A stretch of DNA of 64,000 nucleotides from Octopus vulgaris (taxonomy: Eukaryota), in assembly GCA_951406725.2 (NCBI GenBank), contig OX597828.1, positions 53,816,001-53,880,000 of the forward strand. The letters are read 5' to 3'. The notes beneath the pieces are model-generated. The model was not told the DNA's origin, searched no databases, and saw nothing but the letters and a program-made list of their open reading frames with translations. Position 1 is the first letter of the stretch, and each line of letters begins with the position of its first letter. Of this stretch, positions 55,912 to 64,000 are shown one piece after another. Made by a program: the position numbers and the translations under genes.

Positions 55912-56272
55912 AAATCACTAGCGAAGCTAGGGCGTCGTAAGGCCGGTCCACCCCGAGCAGCACTTTTAAAGGGGCGCCACTTTTGGATCTGCTGTAGGCA
56001 ATATGTGTATTTTGTGGGATCCGGGGCGGCAAACGGAAATGCTGCCTCGGGAGGCACACACGATAGTAACTGGGATAAACCCTTGAAGGCGGTGCCCCAG
56101 CTTGGCCGCGATCCAATGACTGAAACAAATGAAAGATAAAACATAGGTGTGTCACTTTTGCTTAGCTTTCGTTCTCTAAGCCAATCAAAATACACAAGAC
56201 GAGTCACCTGACATCAAGCTGCATTTCATTTAATTTTAATGGAAAGAGGCGGGCTGGCTCCAACACACCTGA

Positions 56273-56332
<60 letters not shown>

Positions 56333-56533
56333 TGGATTTACACCGATCTGAATATCGGTTTCGCTCGTCTTCTGTACCTTTATTTCCCACCCATAACTTA
56401 GCGGTTCAACGCATAGGACCAATAAGATGTATGTAAACACACTGTCATATCTGCTTCCTCGTCTCTTGCTGTACATATGCAAATATGCATGTATGTATAG
56501 ATGGATGGATGGATCACTGAAACAAGTAAAAAT

Positions 56534-56581
<48 letters not shown>

Positions 56582-56836
56582 GAGAGAGAAAGAGGGTGAG
56601 AGAGAAACAGACAGACAGAGTGTCAACAAATGAGAGCCAGAGATGCTCAATATAAAAAACACTTAGTTGTGCTTAGACGACTGAACTTACACTCCGAAAT
56701 TTTTGTCGTATCAAGGACTAAGTCGATCTATTTTCCTGTATACATTTCCATGTCTATATGAATGTATATATGTTATATATCAAGCTCAGGCATATTTGTT
56801 TGTTTATTTGCATCATTCTAACTCTCTCTCTCTCTG

Positions 56837-56920
<84 letters not shown>

Positions 56921-57660
56921 AAAGAGAAAACCTTTACGCACATCAGCATATGCATTTATTCATGACAGATATTTTCAAGTATAAAATTTTCTGCACTTGT
57001 CTATGTCTACACATCCGTAGATAAAATATACAGAAGTATCTAAGCAGTTATACATACACACACATATATATATATACAAACATATATACGTATACAACCA
57101 TATATATATATATATACGTGTATGTACACGTCTATATATGAATATATATGTATATATATATATATGTATATATATATACATATATACATATACACATATA
57201 TATATGTGTACATACACATATATATGTATGTATGTGTATGTATAAATATGTGTGTATATATATATATAAATATATATATATATGTATATATATATGTATA
57301 TATATATATATATATGTATATATATGTATGTATATATATATATATATATATACACATACACACACATATGTATGTATGCAAATATGCGCGTATGCATGTG
57401 TACATATCATTTGTAGGTAGGTGTGTGCATTATAGCAGCGTTAAAGTGCATACATGAACATACATACACATTCCTGACACATATACGCTCTGTTGTGGTG
57501 TGTGAGGGGGGGGGGGGCGTGTGTGGGGTGGTGTTTAATGGACTTAAATACTCGTACATTCATATATGCACACACACGAACCACACAGACACATAACACA
57601 GAAAACACACACCCCACAGATCACATATACATACATACATACATACAAACACACACACAT

Positions 57661-57694
<34 letters not shown>

Positions 57695-57811
57695 AGCATA
57701 CATGTACGTACATACACACATATATATATACATACATATATACATGCATACATACATATACACATACCTACATACAGAAATGCATACATACAAACATACA
57801 TACATACATAC

Positions 57812-57842
<31 letters not shown>

Positions 57843-58399
57843 CATACATACATACATACATACATACATACATACATACATACATGTAGATACCGCTATA
57901 CGTGCTGACACATATACAGGTAATCATAAATACGTACACACACATACATACATTCACACACACTCACACACACACACACACACACACACAATCACACACA
58001 ATCATACGCACACACATTTACATACACATGCAGATATACATCGATATCGAACATAAATTATTTATTCATTCTCTCCTACTAAAAGAAGTTTTTCCAGCAG
58101 AGCAGCGCCACCTAGCCGAGCATGTGATCATTATTATGGTTGCATGCATGGGGAATCATAGAGCTGTATGGAACTCTAACAGACTGCAACTTTCACCAAA
58201 AACAAGCCATCTTGTAGTGTGTAGTAGGGTACAGAACTAACACAACACCCAACGCAGCCAATGGACTGGAAACGTAAAATAACTTCCCGCAAAAACATTT
58301 CACTGTGAAAGACGGACGATTTAAGTCAATGAACTTGGCGCTGGTTTTGTTCGTTTTCCTTCTTCCATTTTTGTTTTCTTCCTACACATGCATACATAC

Positions 58400-58430
<31 letters not shown>

Positions 58431-58456
58431 AATATGTATATGTGTGAAGATGTTTC

Positions 58457-58489
<33 letters not shown>

Positions 58490-58515
58490 TATTATATGTA
58501 GACACCGGTGTGTGT

Positions 58516-58559
<44 letters not shown>

Positions 58560-58651
58560 TGTTTAAATATGTTTAAATATTGAAAGATTGACTTTCTCTT
58601 TCACGCTCATTATCTCACTCTCTTCTTTTCTCTATTCTTACTCTCTCTTCA

Positions 58652-58700
<49 letters not shown>

Positions 58701-58780
58701 CTCCCTATTTTTTCTCTGGCGTTTTCTTTCTGTTTCCCACTATATTTCTCGTTACGCAGGAGCACATACACACACACATA

Positions 58781-58839
<59 letters not shown>

Positions 58840-59017
58840 CACACACACATGAATGTTTGTTATTTACTGAAAATACGATTCGTGATTAATTTTGATACTT
58901 ACACACACACATACACATACGCACACACATAGACATATCTATATAAGTCTACTCCATGTGTGTATGTATGGAAGTATATATATATATATATTATATATAT
59001 ATATATTATATTATATC

Positions 59018-59063
<46 letters not shown>

Positions 59064-59396
59064 CATACATACAAACATCATACATACAAACATCATACAT
59101 ACATACATACATACATACATACATACATACATACATACATACATACATACATACATACATACATACATACATACATACAATTTGCCTGAAGCCCCTATGC
59201 ACCTACAGGTAAAACTCATAATAGCAAAATTAAATATATTATTAATCACTATCATGGTATTGAATCCCCTTCATTGGAAGAGTTAAGATTGAATGTGCGT
59301 ATACATACGTATATGTACCTATATATATATATATATACATATATATGCGTGTGTGTGAATGTATATATAAGATAGATAGATAGATAGATAGATAGT

Positions 59397-59447
<51 letters not shown>

Positions 59448-59685
59448 TACATGGACATATACGCTCAAATGCACTTACACATAGACATATGTACAAACAC
59501 AAAATCAGTGTTACGCACACATACACACACACACACACAGCGACATATGTGTATGTGTATGTACTAACATGTATACAAATATATATATATGTATATATAT
59601 ACACACATATATAAATATGAATATATAAATGTATATATATATGTGTGTGTATGTATGTATGTATGTATGTATGTTTGTATGCATG

Positions 59686-59716
<31 letters not shown>

Positions 59717-60022
59717 TCATAATTTGGCTGCCACTTCTAGCAGAGTGAGCCTTATAGAGACTCCCTCGTGCATTCGGGTGATTGTTTTCGTTTATGTATG
59801 CATAAGTCTCTCTCTCCCCTTTTCTCTCTCTCTCTGTCTCGCCATGCTGGACCGCTGAAATCTACAAGTCTGTTTCACCCAGTCTCTCTGGCTATTTTCT
59901 CTTGTTGCTTTCTGTTGAAGAGCGTAGGCTCGAAATGTAAAAGACATTTTTCATTTTCCCCGAGCGTCAAACTAATACACTTGCTTGTTGTTCATATACC
60001 TGTCTTCGTCTTTTGTTTTCAA

Positions 60023-60121
<99 letters not shown>

Positions 60122-60802
60122 ACCTCTGGAGTTTGCCAATGATCACTCTGCCGAGTTGTGTGGTTTAAGAAACAAGCTTTGGAAAAATAATCTATAAATC
60201 TCTTTGAATGACCAATCACTTATCTAGAAAGGCGTTGAAATCAGTGAAATTTGGGGTCTGTCACAAACCCAGTGATAATAAAAAGACGGTATGAGTGATA
60301 TAAATGATATAAATACACAGCGTGAGAGAGAGAGAGAGAAGTAAACAGATATAGAGAGAGGGAAGTTTACTGTGAGAAAAGTGAAAACTGAAAGATATAA
60401 AGAAATACAGAGAGAGAGCGGGGATGAGGTGATCATCTTCTGTTGCACTCACAGATGCTTGAACTTTAAACTTAAGTGAAAATTTTCAAATTGAGTTGTG
60501 TGGTTTAAGAAACAAGCTTTGGAAAAATAATTTATTCTCCTTAATAAATTGTACTTCATATTCGAGGTTCCGATGAAGCGATAAGGTGTTACTCAGGTAA
60601 TCAACTATGTGTCCACTGCATCGTATAGCAGAAACAACTGCAAGCTATTGAAGTTCATAAGATAATCGTTTATTCCTTTCTCACTTCGTTTTTTTTATTA
60701 CCGCTCCGTACTCGACTAACACATTGTTCCGAAGCATACGTATATTGAGTTCTACACCAGGTTATTAGACTCGCAATGCCTAAGTGATATTCATATATAT
60801 AT

Positions 60803-61093
60803 GTATAAACTGAAGTTGTGTGGTGTCTGTCTCCTACGATTTAGATTCCTAACTACTCCCACATTTTGCGGTGCAGTTTAACCAAAAGCGGGTATCTTAT
60901 AGTCGTGATTCATATCGAGCCCTTCTTGGTATTAGCACGCGTCTACGATAAGTCTACGATTAAAAAAAAATTTACCATAATTTTTTCCATTTTTAATGCA
61001 TTTTTGGGCTATTATATAAGGGAAGTAACTCTCTAAAAATACTTATATAGTTATTTCCCTTACAAACCCGAGCAACGCCGGGCGATACTGCTA

Positions 61094-61094
<1 letters not shown>
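60803..61094 (+). mobile_element. Non-autonomous Helitron
   Basis: 3' hairpin CCCGAGCAACGCCGGG (61067-61082) just upstream of terminal CTAG followed by T. Confidence 0.72.
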
Positions 61095-61128
<34 letters not shown>

Positions 61129-61140
61129 TTTCTATATATA

Positions 61141-61580
61141 TATTGAATTTCTAAATGTCTCAGTGAGACATGAGTGGCGGTGGGGCGATATAGTGGTTGT
61201 ATATTGTCAACTCAACGTGACAGTCCCGTAAAGGGAATCACACTACCGTTATTTAGCCCTAGGAAGCATCGACGCTTCCTGTCGGCTTTGACACATTTCC
61301 TGAGTCCTTATATTTGCAAAGGGGAGGCAAGCGCCCCCACCAGCTAGGATTAGCACCTGAAGATATGCATGTTTCCGAGTCTTGCTCGTCATCAGTCCAG
61401 GGTAGCAAGGCCTGCTAGCTGAGATGGCTGCAACCGCTTTGCAAATATATAATATTTTCAGTGAAATTTATTCACTGATCACCAAATTAGAAATATTGAA
61501 TTTCTAAATGTCTCAGAGAGACATGAGCGGTGGTGTGATTCCCTTTACGGGACTGTCACGTTGAGTTGACAGTATACAAC

Positions 61581-61590
<10 letters not shown>
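61141..61590 (-). mobile_element. Penelope pLTR / retrozyme-like element: 353-bp unit, 34-bp repeated tail, 5' inversion, in (TA)n
   Basis: TATTGAATTTCTAAATGTCTCAG.GAGACATGAG at 61141 and 61494; 61528-61590 is the reverse complement of 61188-61248; internal HHR. Confidence 0.8.
61356..61401 (-). ncRNA. Type I hammerhead ribozyme motif (canonical core)
   Basis: CCTGGA-CTGATGA-CGAG CAAGA CTCG-GAAA-CATGCATA-TC-TTCAGG; stem III near-palindromic with one C.A mismatch. Confidence 0.8.
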
Positions 61591-61636
<46 letters not shown>

Positions 61637-61649
61637 TTATTTATTTATG

Positions 61650-62073
<424 letters not shown>

Positions 62074-63151
62074 GTATACGTATAGATATGTATGTGTGTA
62101 TGTGTGCGCGTATGCATCTATGTATACACATACATACGTACACACGTACACACATACACATGCATACATACATGCATACATGCATGCATACATACCGGCG
62201 CGAGAGCATTCTTAAAACCTCCTGAATCTACAGAGGCCAGTCGAAAATTCGACAAATCTCAAATGTCATCTCTCTATGGAAAAAGTTTCTATACTTCAAA
62301 GAGGTCGAATTTCAGTATCGAACATTAATCATTAAATTCTGACTTGCTCAATATCACGTGTGCGAGGGGGTGGGGGTGCGCGTGTGTGCGTTAGATCATA
62401 AATTCACTATTCAAAACCAAGACAGCACTTCTATATACAAAACTATTGACACTTCTATATACCAGAATAATTATTATTAATTCAACAAATTTGTTGGGGT
62501 CTCAAGGCATAAATACTACTCACAGTTTCAAAACAATCTACCTACGAGTTATTTTGTTGTTAACCACAGCAATACAGATTTATAACCAGGCCATCCGTCC
62601 TTGACGAGCATCGGATCACAAATATCTAATGTAGATAAAAGCCAGAACATTTTTTACAACCAAGCCTCTTTTAACGAGAGCAGCAACAGGCTAAATACTA
62701 CAAAACTCGTAATGTGTGCCTATCAGTTGAATGAGAAACCAGTGTACATGACTGCAACTGAAGGATCGGTTGAAAATTCTATCAGTACATGAATTCGAGC
62801 GAATGTACGGCCGAGAGGAGAATGATACAAAAAAGAAAACACTCACGTGTACCAGGATTTATATATAAATGTCAAAACAGAGATTATAGTCTTTTGCATG
62901 TACGAGGAAAATTATGCTCCGAAGTGAACTTTGCTTGCCATAAACCCCTAAAGAGGCCTAACTTTTATCTCTTAATGTTTTTCGTCAGTGTTTCCTCCTT
63001 ATTTCTCCCTCTTTTTCACTCTCTCTCTCTCTCTCTCTCAGCATATCTGTCTCCTTTTCCCCATTCTCAGTTCGCATGTGCCAATGATCAGTACTCGTCA
63101 AATATGTGTATATGTATTGGCACATGCATACGAATATGTATGTGTGCGTGC

Positions 63152-63202
<51 letters not shown>

Positions 63203-64000
63203 CATGGACAGATTTGTGTGGTCATGTTGTTTTACAGAAGGGTCGAAATTCTGTATTTCGCCCATTACTTATAGATAGACTCTATTTCTTCCTTTGTGCT
63301 TGATTGCAATAATTTTTTGGCATTATGGCCCTTAATGGTAACAAGGCTACTGTATTTTAAGCAGCTGTAGCTTATTTTCATGTTGTTTTTATTGAAGATC
63401 AGATGAAGCTTATGACTGTTCGTAAATACTTTCAGATCAAAGATCATACATTCTTACATTCATTTTGTATTCTTTCTTTATATCGGTTTCATGGTAATTC
63501 TCAAAAACCTCGTTGAAAGGGACTTCATCAGATGATAATACATACTGAATAACGTTTCGTTTCGAGTTCATTTGGATACATTACGTTTATGATTAGTTTT
63601 TTTTTTTTTTTTTTTGTTGGGTAGTTGTTTGGTTGTAGCGGAAGTTGTTTGATTGGGGTTGTTGAAGGGCTCATACCATTACGATTTTAGTTTAAGCATG
63701 ACATCCAACAACTTTACATTAGAAGGTTTACACTAGCCATGGCCCTTTGGCCGAATTCATTAAACGTTGTAATTATCCGTTAGCTCAATATGACAGCTAT
63801 CGTTCAATGTTGCTGTTCGAAAGCGTAAACTCGACATCTCAGTTCAAACTTACACTAACACCAATAAAAGACATCACTATTTTTATTTTTATACAGTAAC
63901 CCAGGGGCGAATGGCTCTTTTTATCTTTATATTGCAGTGAATGGTCCCTTTCACCTTCATATTTAAAATCAAATTTTGGGGTTTCAGATTGTTTTCTAGA

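Overview
AT-rich eukaryotic (metazoan) genomic DNA with a very high density of microsatellites ((TA)n, (CA)n, (TACA)n, (TAGA)n, (TTA)n, (CAT)n). The SINE families and repeat landscape point to an octopus/coleoid genome (inference). I found no intact host protein-coding gene, and almost all ORF-track entries are translations of simple repeats. The window reads as an intergenic or intronic transposon graveyard. It contains three decayed mariner elements, one DD37D/maT element, Dong/R4 LINE fragments in (TAA)n, an RTE 3' end with three C2H2 fingers, a Hero-like 3' fragment, Penelope GIY-YIG remnants, a non-autonomous Helitron, hAT/pogo MITEs and many tRNA-derived SINEs. The most notable signal is a set of non-coding ~350-560 bp units inserted in (TA)n tracts in partial-tandem plus fold-back arrangement. 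Several carry type I hammerhead ribozyme (HHR) motifs with palindromic stem III, including a compensatory U3:A8 core variant (two unrelated families) and a long-stem-II variant with covariation. These are candidate Penelope pLTR / retrozyme-like self-cleaving, possibly circRNA-forming, elements. All calls were made by eye, and coordinates may be off by a few bases.
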